The notes under the pieces were generated by a model. That model was not told the DNA's origin. It did not search any database and saw only the letters and a program-made list of their open reading frames with translations. 64,000 nt of DNA from an uncultured Gemmatimonadales bacterium (GTDB taxonomy: Bacteria > Gemmatimonadota > Gemmatimonadetes > Longimicrobiales > RSA9). This document shows, piece by piece, positions 9,290 to 20,754 of this stretch (positions are counted from its first letter, which is position 1; every line of letters starts with the position of its first letter). Made by a program: the position numbers and the translations under genes. Location: positions 1,760,001 through 1,824,000 of the forward strand of contig OY970192.1 in NCBI GenBank assembly GCA_963708135.1. Reading direction: 5' to 3'.

Positions 9290-9741
9290 GAACGCGGGCC
9301 ATGCGGTCCTGCCCGCACCTGGCTGCCGGCGCGGCCGCCGTGCTCGCGCTGCTCCTGGCCGCCTGCAACTCCGGGCCACGGGAGCGAAGGAACGCGGTCG
9401 GCCGGCAGGTCGCGCTCGAGGAGCTCTCCCGCATGAATACCCGCATGGCCCCCGATGCCTCGCTGGCCGGCGTCAGCGCACAGGGCGTGAGCGGCATTGT
9501 GCCGCTCCGCCCCCGCCCGCTCCGGGACCAGGCCGATTCCAGCGACTTCCGTCACTTCGTGCACCGCTGCAACGCCTGCCACGCCGCGCCCGACCCCTCC
9601 ATGCACACTGCCGGCGAGTGGGCGGTCGTGATCAGCCGGATGAAGGACAACATGCGCCTCGCCGGCCTGCTCCCCCTCCGGCCACAACAGGAGCGGGCGA
9701 TCATGGAGTTCCTTACCCGGGGCGCCGGGCTTGCCCCCTGA
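9286..9741 (+). CDS. Lipoprotein monoheme cytochrome c
   Basis: LLAAC lipobox; CNACH...HTAGEW...RM; ATGA overlap. Confidence 0.82.
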   Translation: MRTRAMRSCPHLAAGAAAVLALLLAACNSGPRERRNAVGRQVALEELSRMNTRMAPDASLAGVSAQGVSGIVPLRPRPLRDQADSSDFRHFVHRCNACHAAPDPSMHTAGEWAVVISRMKDNMRLAGLLPLRPQQERAIMEFLTRGAGLAP

Positions 9742-9810
9742 GCCGGGGCCCGGCGCCACTGTCTGGGGACGGGCCGGGAGTTGCTGCGCCGCGCGGGCTC
9801 GGAGTCCCGT

Positions 9811-11061
9811 TCAGGCGCTCGCGCACAGGCACGTGTGGCTCGAGCCGGCCAATGTGCAGGCCCCGGCGGCGCACTCGCACGCCAGGCGCAACACCGTCGG
9901 TACCGCGTTCGCCCGCGGCACCGACGAGTGGCCGGCCCCTCGAACCCGCTTCCATTCGGCGCGCCACCCGCGCAGGAGGGAAGCATCGTGCGCATTCCCT
10001 CCATTCACCACCGCAGCCAACAACGCGTACGCCCAGCGCCGGCGCCCTGCGAGCTCGATCAGGTCGGAGGCCAGGCTCCCGCCGTAGAGCACGCGGCGGA
10101 CACGTCGCGCGACCGCGAATTCCCGCTCCAGGTTGGACCTGGCGATGGCCGGATAGCGCGCGAAGGTGCCGTCGCGCTCGAACGCCTCCGCAAGGAAGTC
10201 CGCCGAGCGGATCGCGTTCTGGATGCCTTCGCCAGTGGCGGGATCGGCGAAGCCCGCAGCATCCCCCAGCAGGGCGTAGTCCCGCTGAGCCAGAAGCGCA
10301 TAGTACGGGAGCGGGATCGCGGCGGTGCCGATCACGGCACCGGCACGCGCGCCGGCCGTGCAGCCGCACCGCCCCAGTGCGTCCCAGTAGGCATCCACCT
10401 CCGCGTCCAACCGACGCCGGTTCCACGTGCGCGGCGCCACGCCCACCCCGATCGAACGGTGAGCCGGGCGGGGAAATTCCCAGGCGTAGCCGTGCATGCC
10501 CGGAAAGAAGCGGAGGCCGATGGCCTCCGGCGTGGTTCCGGCGCCCGGGGCGTACGCCACGCGCGCTGGCGCCAGCTCGATCCTCAGCTCCGGTGCGACG
10601 ACGGCCCGGACGCGGCTCGCGGCGCCGTCGGCGCCAACGAGCAGGCGAACGTGGGCAACCCCGCCATCGCTGGTCTCCAGACACCACCCGTCGGAATGCC
10701 GGAGGATCCGACGCACGCCCATGGGCTCGAAGCTGGCGCCGGCCCTCCGTGCACGGGCGAGCTGCCAGGCACCAAGCTCACGTCTGGAGAGGACGTACAG
10801 GGGTCGCTCGAGCGGCACCCGGACCTCCGTTGCCCGTGTCTCCAGGCGGACCGCTTCGATGCGCCGCGCCCGTGAACAGAGCTCGCCGAGATCCGGCACG
10901 TTCTCCAGCGCGGCCGCCGTCAGTCCACCTCCGCACGGCTTCTCCCAAGGCGCATGGGGATCGAACAGGACCACCTCCGCACCCGCCAGTGCGAGGCGCT
11001 CGGCCGCCCTGGCGCCCGCCGGACCGGCGCCCACGATCCCGATCTGCCCATTGATACGCAT
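9811..11061 (-). CDS. Geranylgeranyl reductase-family FAD oxidoreductase
   Basis: GAGPAG, EKPCGGG, GADG, YAWEFP, LGDAAGFADPATGEGI. Confidence 0.88.
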   Translation of the reverse strand: MRINGQIGIVGAGPAGARAAERLALAGAEVVLFDPHAPWEKPCGGGLTAAALENVPDLGELCSRARRIEAVRLETRATEVRVPLERPLYVLSRRELGAWQLARARRAGASFEPMGVRRILRHSDGWCLETSDGGVAHVRLLVGADGAASRVRAVVAPELRIELAPARVAYAPGAGTTPEAIGLRFFPGMHGYAWEFPRPAHRSIGVGVAPRTWNRRRLDAEVDAYWDALGRCGCTAGARAGAVIGTAAIPLPYYALLAQRDYALLGDAAGFADPATGEGIQNAIRSADFLAEAFERDGTFARYPAIARSNLEREFAVARRVRRVLYGGSLASDLIELAGRRRWAYALLAAVVNGGNAHDASLLRGWRAEWKRVRGAGHSSVPRANAVPTVLRLACECAAGACTLAGSSHTCLCASA

Positions 11062-11103
11062 GTCGGATGTCTCCGTTCTGGTCCGAGCTGGACTTCCTGC
11101 CGG

Positions 11104-11147
11104 AATCTGTTGCGGTTGCGGTGAATGGCGCGTGAGATCGACATGAA
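11104..11147 (-). promoter_or_regulatory. Regulator box (direct-repeat part) plus -10 for the reductase
   Basis: Minus strand: TTCA(11147)-N7-CTCA(11136)-N7-TTCA(11125)-N12-CAGATT. Confidence 0.62.
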
Positions 11148-11239
11148 GAAGCGCCAATGCCTCCCGGGGCCCCGAGTCGCCCCTCCATGGAGGGCCTTTG
11201 CGGGGCACACAGCGGGGCAATGATGGGCCCGTATCGAAG

Positions 11240-11430
11240 GCTCCGCCTGAGTCCACTTGCCGTTACGGAAAGCCCGGTCCCCAGCGCGACCACCAGAGCA
11301 CCGGGAAGAGCACGAAGAACGTGACGAGCCGCTGCCGTGGAACAGCACCAGTCCCCCACTCGCGCGCGCGGCCGACGAGAACACGTCCGCGCCTCTCGAG
11401 GGGTGTGATGTTGATCTCCGGTCGCTTCAT
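11240..11430 (-). pseudogene. DUF2892/YgaP-like small membrane protein, multiply frameshifted
   Basis: MKRPEINITPLERRGRVLVG; hydrophobic segments (GGLVLF, ALVVALGTGLSVTASG) continue in other frames. Confidence 0.5.
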
Positions 11431-11514
11431 CGACATTCTTCTTTCGGAACTCCGCAATGCGGGGCCGGCGACGCGGATCTACGCTCGCGTTCAGCAGCCG
11501 CGCTACGCCGCCAA

Positions 11515-11568
11515 AGGATGGCGCGCCGCGCGTGAAACCCGCGTGGAATCGTGGTCAATGGCATTTCG
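11515..11568 (-). promoter_or_regulatory. Degenerate regulator box plus -10 for the DUF2892-like gene
   Basis: Minus strand: CGAA-N6-TTGA-N7-TCCA-N7-TTCA(11536)-N12-CATCCT. Confidence 0.58.
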
Positions 11569-11601
11569 TGGTGGCTGGCCACTCTCAACCTGGGTTTGTC
11601 C

Positions 11602-12417
11602 GTGAACACCCCCATCCAGGGCGCTACCGCCCTCTGGCTCGCGCTGGCGATCCCGTCCGCGGCGTTTGCCGCCTACGACCTGGCCCGCAACCAGCCGATC
11701 GCCACCGTCATGCGCTGGGGCTGGGTCCTCGTGATCCTCTATACCGGCCCCGTCGGACTCGTCATCTACCTGCTCGCCTGTCGTGAACCGCTGGCGGGCA
11801 CACACGAGGCCTACGTCGCCCCGCGCTGGAAGCAGGCCGTCGGCTCGACGATCCACTGCGTGGCCGGGGACGCCACCGGAGTCATCCTCGGCGCCGTGGT
11901 AGGCTTCTTCCTCCATCTGAGCCGGATCGGCGACGTCGCCTTCGAGTACGCCGCCGGGTTCGCCTTCGGGCTCCTCATCTTTCAGGCGCTGTTCAGTCGC
12001 ATCATGATGGGCGGCAGCTACTGGAGCGGAGTGCGCAGGACGATCCTCCCCGAATGGCTATCGATGAATGCCCTGATGGGGGGCATGATCCCGGTGATGG
12101 TCCTCCTCATGGACGACGGCTCGGGGCCGACAGGGCTCCGCTTCTGGGGCGTCATGTCGCTGGCCATCTTCGTCGGCGCCCTGGTGGCCTACCCGGTCAA
12201 CCTCTGGCTCGTGGCGCGCGGGCTGAAGCACGGCATGGGGACGGTGCGCGTGCTCGGGCAGGGAGGGCAGCCCCCGGCCGCCGCAGGCGTCGCCTCACAC
12301 GCGGGGCACGGCATGAGCACGCGGCCGCGACCAGGCCGGCGGGAAACCGCTCTCGTCCTGCTGGCCAGCCTCTCGGCGCTCGCGGTCGGGCTCGCCATCG
12401 CGTGGGGAATCGGCTGA
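11602..12417 (+). CDS. DUF4396-domain membrane protein (start uncertain)
   Basis: WKQAVGSTIHCVAGDATG; AYPVNLWLVARGLKHGM. Confidence 0.82.
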   Translation: MNTPIQGATALWLALAIPSAAFAAYDLARNQPIATVMRWGWVLVILYTGPVGLVIYLLACREPLAGTHEAYVAPRWKQAVGSTIHCVAGDATGVILGAVVGFFLHLSRIGDVAFEYAAGFAFGLLIFQALFSRIMMGGSYWSGVRRTILPEWLSMNALMGGMIPVMVLLMDDGSGPTGLRFWGVMSLAIFVGALVAYPVNLWLVARGLKHGMGTVRVLGQGGQPPAAAGVASHAGHGMSTRPRPGRRETALVLLASLSALAVGLAIAWGIG

Positions 12418-12533
12418 TGCGCGCGCCCCGGCTGACCTGGCTGCGCTCGTGAGGGCGACGCAGCCCGGGGAGCCGAGTCTCAGCTCTCGTTGGTGAATCA
12501 GCGTTCATAAAGGAGCGCTTCGCGAGCTGGACA

Positions 12534-12569
12534 TGAAGGCAGACTCACGCCGGTTTCAGTCTCGCTTCA
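12534..12569 (+). promoter_or_regulatory. Regulator box upstream of the CMD/AhpD gene
   Basis: TGAA(12534)-N6-CTCA(12544)-N7-TTCA(12555)-N7-TTCA(12566); the -10 is weak. Confidence 0.68.
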
Positions 12570-12693
12570 CCCGCGACCGCCTGGTTTCCCCCCGGGGACG
12601 CAGGAGCGCGGCACGGCGCTCCGGTCGCCCCCCGCCGATCCGCGACCAATGGTCGGCACGCCGCCCTGTCGATCGATGGAACAGGAGCACGTC

Positions 12694-13158
12694 ATGGAGA
12701 GCAGGTTGGATTACCGGAACGCGGCGCCGGGCGCGCTGGAGGCCATGCTCGGCCTCGAGCGCTACACCCACGCGAGCGGCCTCGAGCCCTCGCTCCTCGA
12801 GCTCGTCAAGATGCGCGCCTCACAGCTCAACGGCTGCGCTTATTGTCTGGACATGCACAGCAAGGACGCGCGCGCAGCGGGTGAGGCCGAGCAGCGCCTC
12901 TACGTCCTCGCCGCCTGGCGCGAGGCGCCGTTCTACTCGGACCGCGAGCGCGCGGCGCTGGCCTGGACCGAGGCGGTCACGCTCATTTCGGCCAACGACA
13001 TGCCGGATGCCCTCTACGCGCAGGTGCGCGAGCATTTCTCCGAGAAGGAGCTGGTCGACCTCACCCTCGCGATCATCGCCATCAACGGATGGAATCGACT
13101 GGCGATCTCGTTCCGCGCCGAGGTCGGCAGCTATCAGCCCCGCCGCGCGGGAACGTAG
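12694..13158 (+). CDS. Carboxymuconolactone decarboxylase/AhpD-family protein
   Basis: ELVKMRASQLNGCAYCLDMH; INGWNRLAI; RBS CAGGAG. Confidence 0.92.
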   Translation: MESRLDYRNAAPGALEAMLGLERYTHASGLEPSLLELVKMRASQLNGCAYCLDMHSKDARAAGEAEQRLYVLAAWREAPFYSDRERAALAWTEAVTLISANDMPDALYAQVREHFSEKELVDLTLAIIAINGWNRLAISFRAEVGSYQPRRAGT

Positions 13159-13167
13159 AGGTGGCCG

Positions 13168-13455
13168 TCAGCCCCCGGAGGTTTCGCCCACGTTCACGCC
13201 TACGGCGAATGGTTCCGCCGTACGTCGCAGCACCCGGACGCGCCAGACCTCCGGTCCCCGCTCGAGGTACTCGAAGTCGAAAGCGTCGTCGCCGCGCGTC
13301 GCCTTGAGCGTGTAGTACATACAGGTGGGGTCGTGGTCGACGACCAGCTCCAGCACCTCGCCGACGGGGACGGCCGCATAGGCCGACATGATGGCGTCAT
13401 AGCGGTCCTTCGGCGGGACGGGGCGCACGTCGAGGAGATGCATTGCAGGGCTCAT
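13168..13455 (-). CDS. DUF2249-domain protein
   Basis: LDVRPVPPKDRY...LVVDHDPTCMYY...YLERGPEVWRV. Confidence 0.85.
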   Translation of the reverse strand: MSPAMHLLDVRPVPPKDRYDAIMSAYAAVPVGEVLELVVDHDPTCMYYTLKATRGDDAFDFEYLERGPEVWRVRVLRRTAEPFAVGVNVGETSGG

Positions 13456-14213
13456 CGTGGCTCAACTCCTGAGAGATCGGGCGTCGGATCGAGGCGGAGC
13501 GGCAGCGGCTCCTCCTTGCTGCCGCACCCCCAGGCGCGCTGGCTCAGCCAGGCGTTCCATACGACGCGGAAGCGCGGCGAGCTGGGCGCGAGCGCGAGGG
13601 TGCCGCGGAAGCGGGCGAGCGTGAGGCGGGCCATGAGCGGCCCGATCCCCTGCCCTTCCCGGCCCGCCACCTCCGGCCCACCGCCGAGCAGGCGGATGTG
13701 CCGAAGCGCATCGCCGGCCGTCTGGAGCACGGCAGAATGGGCGTTGGCGAAACCGGGCACGCCAGGATCGGCGTCCCAGGCGAGCGCGAGCGCCTCGGGC
13801 GCATGGCCGGGGAGCGCGCTCCGGAGTCGGGCGGCCTCCTCGGGATCGCTGCCGTGAACGAGCAGCAGCAGCGCGCCCGCGGCCTGATAGGTGGCCATGA
13901 GCTGCGGGAGCCGCGCCGGCGCAATGCTGCCCGGAGGCGCCACGATGGGCGCGCGGAGCCGCTGGGCGAGGCGCGCCAGCGCGGGGTCGGCCGGATCGTC
14001 GCCGGGGCGGAGCCGATAGCCCGCCACGGCGATGCCGTGCCGGTTCAGCCCGTCCAGCCGGCGCTCGAGCAGCTCGGCCGGCAAGCCAGGCTCGATCCCG
14101 TGGCCGTCGCCGGCCACGAGCTCCACGGCGGCCAGCCCGCGGCGCACGCAGGCCGCGGCGAGCTCCTCGAGCGCCAGATCGGGCGCGGCCGAGCTGCTCA
14201 GCGAGAGACGCAC
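13452..14213 (-). CDS. Hypothetical TIM-barrel protein (xylose isomerase/AP endonuclease 2-like, degenerate)
   Basis: RLSLSSSAAPDLALEELAAAC...GLAAVEL...HG; C-terminal WGCGSK; GTG start 3 nt after the upstream stop. Confidence 0.65.
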   Translation of the reverse strand: MRLSLSSSAAPDLALEELAAACVRRGLAAVELVAGDGHGIEPGLPAELLERRLDGLNRHGIAVAGYRLRPGDDPADPALARLAQRLRAPIVAPPGSIAPARLPQLMATYQAAGALLLLVHGSDPEEAARLRSALPGHAPEALALAWDADPGVPGFANAHSAVLQTAGDALRHIRLLGGGPEVAGREGQGIGPLMARLTLARFRGTLALAPSSPRFRVVWNAWLSQRAWGCGSKEEPLPLRLDPTPDLSGVEPR

Positions 14214-14215
14214 CG

Positions 14216-14458
14216 TCAGCTCGTGCGCGAGATGCGGACGCGCCAGACGACGGGGCCCTGCTCGAGGTACTCCCAGCCGAAGCGGCCGGCGTGCTCGTAC
14301 TCGAACTGGTAGCGCAGCGGGCGCGGGTCGTGGTCGTTGACCAGAATGAACGCTTCCCCGGGGGCGAGCCCCTCGAAGGTCGCGAAGATGGTGGGGTGCT
14401 TCTCGCGCGGGGGGATGACCCGCACGTCGAGCTCGGCCGGGCCGGTGGTCTCGGGCAT
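14216..14458 (-). CDS. DUF2249-domain protein
   Basis: LDVRVIPPREKHPTIF...LVNDHDPRPLRYQF...YLEQGPVVWRV. Confidence 0.9.
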   Translation of the reverse strand: MPETTGPAELDVRVIPPREKHPTIFATFEGLAPGEAFILVNDHDPRPLRYQFEYEHAGRFGWEYLEQGPVVWRVRISRTS

Positions 14459-14500
14459 GATGCTCTCCGTTGAACGAAGTGATGCGCGGATACTCCGCGC

Positions 14501-15502
14501 TTACGAATCCGCCGCGCGGCGGATGAACACACGTACCAGCTCCCGCCCCTGCGGCCGGACCTCGTAGACGAAGCCGCGCTCGTCGAGGAGCGGCAGGAGA
14601 AATCGCGGCTCGCGCACGTTGATCTGCACGAGCGTCCGTCCCGGAGGCAGCTCCTCCAGCGCGGCGAGGGTGCGGACCATCGGCTCGGGCGGCTCGAGGC
14701 CGCGGACGTCCAGGACCACGACATCGTCGTCCCCCGGCGGCGTGCCATCTCTGGCGGCGGCGGGCGCGTCCTCGGAAGCGCCGGCGCGACCGGGCTCCTC
14801 CGCCGGCCGGGCGGCGCCCAGGTCGCCAGCCGGGGCTTCCGGCCGGTAGAACCAGACGCACCAGTCGTCGTCGGCCAGCCGCTGCGTCCAGTGGGCGAAA
14901 CCCTGTTTCGCGAGCACGGCGTAGAGCGGGACGGGCTCGAAGATGGCCCGCAGCCGCAGCGCGCCGTCGTCGGGGATCTCGCGCCGCGCCGCCATGATCC
15001 GGCTGAACGGCTCCTCGCCTCGACGCAGGTCGTCGCGCACGTCCAGCTCGACGATCCGCTCCGGTGGCAGTGCCGCGAGGGCAGCGGGGGGCGCATCATC
15101 GGCAGCCGGCGCGGCGGCATCACGCAGCGCACGGGCGGCGTCGGCCGACCCGGCGGGTGCGGCGCCGGACCGGTCCGAAATGGTCGCCGGCGCCGGGGCA
15201 TCGCCGCCGCGTGGTGCAGCGGAGGCGCCCGTGGCGGGCGTTCCGGCCGTGCGGCCCGCTGCCTCCGCAGGGCGCGCCCCGACGCCCGCCTCGAGGGCGC
15301 GGTTGAGCTCGCCAACGAGCGCGGCCGGGTCGAGCCCGGCCATGCGCGCGGCCTGCTCGACGGTCACGAGCCGGGCCATGGTCCTGCGCATGATCGGGTT
15401 GCGCAGGCGCTGGAAGGCGGGGGCGAGGCCGGCGAGCAGCTCGACGAAGCGCTCGTCGCGGGCGAGGACCGCGGAGACGCGGTCGGAGGCCCGGATCACC
15501 AT
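14501..15502 (-). CDS. DUF1858-like plus two DUF2249 domains
   Basis: [37 protein letters not shown]...[19 protein letters not shown]. Confidence 0.85.
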   Translation of the reverse strand: MVIRASDRVSAVLARDERFVELLAGLAPAFQRLRNPIMRRTMARLVTVEQAARMAGLDPAALVGELNRALEAGVGARPAEAAGRTAGTPATGASAAPRGGDAPAPATISDRSGAAPAGSADAARALRDAAAPAADDAPPAALAALPPERIVELDVRDDLRRGEEPFSRIMAARREIPDDGALRLRAIFEPVPLYAVLAKQGFAHWTQRLADDDWCVWFYRPEAPAGDLGAARPAEEPGRAGASEDAPAAARDGTPPGDDDVVVLDVRGLEPPEPMVRTLAALEELPPGRTLVQINVREPRFLLPLLDERGFVYEVRPQGRELVRVFIRRAADS

Positions 15503-15831
15503 GCGCCCTCCCGGATCATGCCGGGGTGCCACGCGGGCTCCCAGACGAGGTCGGGGATCACCTCGGCGACGCCCGGGACGCCGGAGACGGCACCGAGGAT
15601 GCCGCTGGTGATGTGCTGCTCCATGGGGCAGCCGCGGGTGGTGAGCGTGTAGGTCACGCGGACGTCGCCGCCATCGATGCCGACCTCGTAGACGAGGCCG
15701 AGCGTGACGATGTCGAGGCCGATCTCCGGGTCGATCACCGTGCGCAGCGCCTCGAGGAGGAGGTCGGGGTCGACGGCCGCGGGCGAACCGGTCGGGGCCG
15801 CGGGGGTGGTGGAGCGCATCTCGTCGTTCAT
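15496..15831 (-). CDS. DUF59 (SufT/PaaD-like) metal-sulfur cluster assembly factor
   Basis: [17 protein letters not shown]...TLTTRGCPM...LVWEPAW. Confidence 0.92.
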   Translation of the reverse strand: MNDEMRSTTPAAPTGSPAAVDPDLLLEALRTVIDPEIGLDIVTLGLVYEVGIDGGDVRVTYTLTTRGCPMEQHITSGILGAVSGVPGVAEVIPDLVWEPAWHPGMIREGAW

Positions 15832-17093
15832 TCAGGCCTCCTGCGAGAAAGGGCCAGCATCTGGACGGCTTCCACGGTCGCGCCGGCCGCGAAGAGCGCT
15901 GAGCCGGCCTGCACGACGGGCGTGGTCCCGAGCGCCACGCCGGCTACGACGCCGCCGGCGCCGAGCGCCAGCAGCCAGACCACGGCGCGCGCCGGGCCGG
16001 GGCTGTAGAGCTGCGCGACCGTCGGCAGCGGCCGCTTCCCGGCGAGCGGGCCGAAGCGATGGTACCAGACCAGGAAGGGAACGATCTTGTAGTAGTGCCC
16101 GGCCACGAAGAGCGTGAAGCCGGCCAGGACCAGCGTGGCGACGTACGCCATGACGAGGCGCGGGGCGGCGGTGCCGTAGTAGAGCGCCGCCGGCGCCAGC
16201 ACGAGGCCGAGCGCCAGGTAGCCCAGCCCGACCGCCGCCAGCGTCATTCCGGCATCGAGCACGGGCTTGCGCCGCTGTCGGTAGAAGGCGCGGGCCTGCA
16301 GCAGGAAGGCGACGGCGCCGCCGCCGATGAGCACGGCCGCCGGCCAGACGCGCAGCGCGGGGCCCGCGTGGTGCAGGAGAACGAGGGTGGCCACGCCGGC
16401 CGTCAGGAGCGCGACCGCCGCGCGGGCGAGGCGCTCGCCCGCGCCGTGGCTGAGCAGGAACATCGGCAGCAGCCGGTTGGCGACGCCGACCACCACCAGC
16501 CCGACCCAGCCGAAGATCGCCACGTGCAGGTGCACGCCGAGGGCGAGGAAGCGGTTCGGTCCCAGGTATCCCCAGCGGAGATTGCCGGCCAGCGCGGAGC
16601 CGAGCAGCACCGTGACGAGCAGGAAGAGATCTGCCCCCGCGAGCGCCCACCAGGTGACGCCGCGCTCCGCGGCCCGCCGGAGCGTGGCCGCCAGGTTGCC
16701 CGCGAAAAGGAGCAGCGCGCTGGCGAAGGCGGCGGCACCCACCGCCACCACGGCGGTATGGCCCGTCAGCAGCCCCGCCACGAAGACGGCCACGCCTGGC
16801 GCGTACAGCCAGAAGGTGAGGCGCGCGATCCGCTCTGAGCGGATCGACTCGCCGAGCGCCACGGGGAGGAACTGGTAGAGCGCGCCCAGGATCGAGGTGG
16901 TGATCCACCCCAGCGTGAAGAGGTGCGTCACCGCCACGACCCGCGGAAGCGGAAAGAGACCCGCCGCCAGCTCGGGCGCCGCCCATAGCAGGCCGACGGA
17001 GCCGAGCAGCAGAAAACCCAGCGCGGCCGCGAAGTGCCGCGCCGGGAGCGAGAGCGGCGGCGCCTTGGCGGCGGCACCGGTCAGCCCCGGCAT
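15828..17093 (-). CDS. Polytopic membrane protein with intramembrane His (heme-copper oxidase/NnrS-like fold, unknown function)
   Basis: About 12 hydrophobic segments; THLFTLGW...[18 protein letters not shown]...[15 protein letters not shown]. Confidence 0.78.
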   Translation of the reverse strand: MPGLTGAAAKAPPLSLPARHFAAALGFLLLGSVGLLWAAPELAAGLFPLPRVVAVTHLFTLGWITTSILGALYQFLPVALGESIRSERIARLTFWLYAPGVAVFVAGLLTGHTAVVAVGAAAFASALLLFAGNLAATLRRAAERGVTWWALAGADLFLLVTVLLGSALAGNLRWGYLGPNRFLALGVHLHVAIFGWVGLVVVGVANRLLPMFLLSHGAGERLARAAVALLTAGVATLVLLHHAGPALRVWPAAVLIGGGAVAFLLQARAFYRQRRKPVLDAGMTLAAVGLGYLALGLVLAPAALYYGTAAPRLVMAYVATLVLAGFTLFVAGHYYKIVPFLVWYHRFGPLAGKRPLPTVAQLYSPGPARAVVWLLALGAGGVVAGVALGTTPVVQAGSALFAAGATVEAVQMLALSRRRPE

Positions 17094-17099
17094 CGGCGG

Positions 17100-17176
17100 C
17101 AGTCGCGCGTCATCCCGGGGTAGGCAATCTGCGCCAGTGCGGAGCGCACCGAGTCTTCCGTGAGATTGCTCGTCAT
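17100..17176 (-). pseudogene. N-terminal remnant of an Mrp/ApbC Fe-S carrier
   Basis: RBS GAGGAG followed by MTSNLTEDSVRSALAQIAYPGMTRD, resembling the Mrp N-terminus; ends abruptly at the next gene's start. Confidence 0.55.
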
Positions 17177-17263
17177 TCGTGGTCTCCTCGTCCAGGATGA
17201 GGCCGCGCCGGCGCGGACGCTGTGACGCGCATCACGGGCGCCTCGCCCGTCCCTGGCCCGCAC

Positions 17264-18982
<1,719 letters not shown>

Positions 18983-19021
18983 GGCCCTCCCTCCGTTCCG
19001 GATCCCGCCTCGCCTGTCCAC

Positions 19022-19089
19022 AACGTCGACGGCCCGCGGCCATTTGTCAAGGCAATTGCCTTGACAATCCCCCGCTCTTGTGGCATGCT
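19022..19089. promoter_or_regulatory. Divergent sigma70 promoters within a perfect 24-bp palindrome (19044-19067)
   Basis: TTGTCAAGGCAATTGCCTTGACAA; plus strand TTGACA(19061)-N17-CATGCT with extended TG; minus strand TTGACA(19050)-N17-GACGTT. Confidence 0.82.
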
Positions 19090-19169
19090 GCGATGCGGGG
19101 CCGGACGACGGGCGCACCTGCGCGCTGCGCTGCCGCGGCCGCGGGAACACGAAACGACCGGAGGGCACG

Positions 19170-19937
19170 ATGGCGGAAGCCGGGCTACAGGACGTTGCGG
19201 GCCGAACGGTGGGTGAGCTGGTGACGGAGGACTATCGGCGCGCGGAGGTGTTCGCGCGCTTCGGCGTGGATTTCTGTTGCGGCGGCGAGCGCACGGTCGC
19301 GGCCGCCTGCGACGCGGCGGGCGCGGACGCGGGCGCGCTCGCATCGGCCCTGGGCGAGCTGGAGCGCGCGGGCGGCGAGGCCCGCGCGGACACGGGGCGC
19401 TGGGAGCTGGACGCGCTGGCGCGTCACATCGTGGACACGCACCACGCGTACGTGCGCGAGACCTCGCCGCTGCTGCTGCGGCTTTCGGCCACGGTGGCGG
19501 GCGTGCACGGCGCGTCGCATCCGGAGCTGGCGCAGATGCGGGTGCTGATCACGGACCTGACGGACGAGCTGGCGGCGCATATGGAGAAGGAGGAGCAGTT
19601 CCTCTTCCCGCGCGTCGAGGCGCTGGCGGAGGCGCGGCGCGCGCCGGAGTCGGCGCGTGCGGGCGGCGCGACCTCGCCGGTGGACGAGGACGCGATACGC
19701 GGCCCGCTCTCGGCGCTGGAGGACGACCACGCGCTCGCGGGCGAGCTCACGGCGCGGCTGCGCGAGCTGAGCGGCGGCTACGCGCCACCGGAGGACGCGT
19801 GCGGCAGCTACCGTCTGCTGTACGCGAAGCTGGAGGAGTTCGAGTCGGACCTGCACCGGCACGTGCACCTGGAGAACAACGTGCTGTTCCCGGGCGCCCT
19901 GTCCCTCGCGCGCACGCTGGCGGGCGCGGAGGCATAG
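19170..19937 (+). CDS. ric: Iron-sulfur cluster repair di-iron protein (RIC/YtfE/ScdA)
   Basis: GVDFCCGG, HHAY, HMEKEE..LFP, DH, HVHLENNVLFP. Confidence 0.95.
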   Translation: MAEAGLQDVAGRTVGELVTEDYRRAEVFARFGVDFCCGGERTVAAACDAAGADAGALASALGELERAGGEARADTGRWELDALARHIVDTHHAYVRETSPLLLRLSATVAGVHGASHPELAQMRVLITDLTDELAAHMEKEEQFLFPRVEALAEARRAPESARAGGATSPVDEDAIRGPLSALEDDHALAGELTARLRELSGGYAPPEDACGSYRLLYAKLEEFESDLHRHVHLENNVLFPGALSLARTLAGAEA

Positions 19938-20056
19938 TGGCGCTGGACGGGGCGGCCCAGGCTGGCGGCGTGGCCGCGGTGCGCGGCCGGGGAGCGGAAG
20001 GCGACCCGGCTGGAGCCGGCGTCGCCGGCGGCGCGCCGGGCCTGTGTGCGCCGGGC

Positions 20057-20671
20057 ATGAGTGAGAGCCGGCGCCGGGCCCTGCGCGAGCTGAAGCGGCT
20101 GGGCCGCGCGACGATCCCGGACCTCGCGACGCTGCTCGAGCTGAACGTCGAGACCGTGCGCGAGCACGTGAAGGTGCTGGCGTCGCAGGGCCTGGTGCGG
20201 CGCGACGGTACGCGCGGCGAGGGCCCGGGCCGGCCGGAGCTTCTGTATGCGCTGACGGCGGAGGCGGAGCCGCTCTTCCCGCGCCGCGAGGGCGAGCTGC
20301 TGCGAGAGCTGGCGGCCTACCTGCGCGAGACCGGCCGCGAGGACGTGCTGACGGATTTCTTCGATCGCTTCCTCGAGCGACGTCGCGGAGAAGCGCTCGC
20401 GCGCGTGTCGGGCCTCGAGGGCCGGGAGCGGCTCGAGGAGGCCGCGCGCATCCTGTCCGAGCAGGGCTTCATGGCCCTCGTCGAGGACGCCCCCGGCGGT
20501 GCGCGCCTGCGCCTGTGCCACTGCCCGTTCCGCGAGCTGATCCGCGAGACGCGCGCGCCGTGCCACGCCGAGGTCGGCTTCGTGCGCGAGCTGATGGGCG
20601 AGCGGCTCACGCGCGTGAGCTACATGCCGGCCGGCGACGCGGCCTGCTCGTACGCCGCGGGGAGAGCGTGA
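20057..20671 (+). CDS. SufR-like HTH transcriptional regulator (possible start at GTG 19937)
   Basis: wHTH (TIPDLATLLELNVETVREH...GPGRP..Y); HCPF-x9-CHAE...CSY Cys triad. Confidence 0.85.
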   Translation: MSESRRRALRELKRLGRATIPDLATLLELNVETVREHVKVLASQGLVRRDGTRGEGPGRPELLYALTAEAEPLFPRREGELLRELAAYLRETGREDVLTDFFDRFLERRRGEALARVSGLEGRERLEEAARILSEQGFMALVEDAPGGARLRLCHCPFRELIRETRAPCHAEVGFVRELMGERLTRVSYMPAGDAACSYAAGRA

Positions 20672-20754
20672 GGTGTGACGGCGTCGAGGCCGCACGGTTG
20701 TAACCACCACTCGGCCGCTGTTCGTCCGCACCCCCCTCCATACGATCGCAGCCG

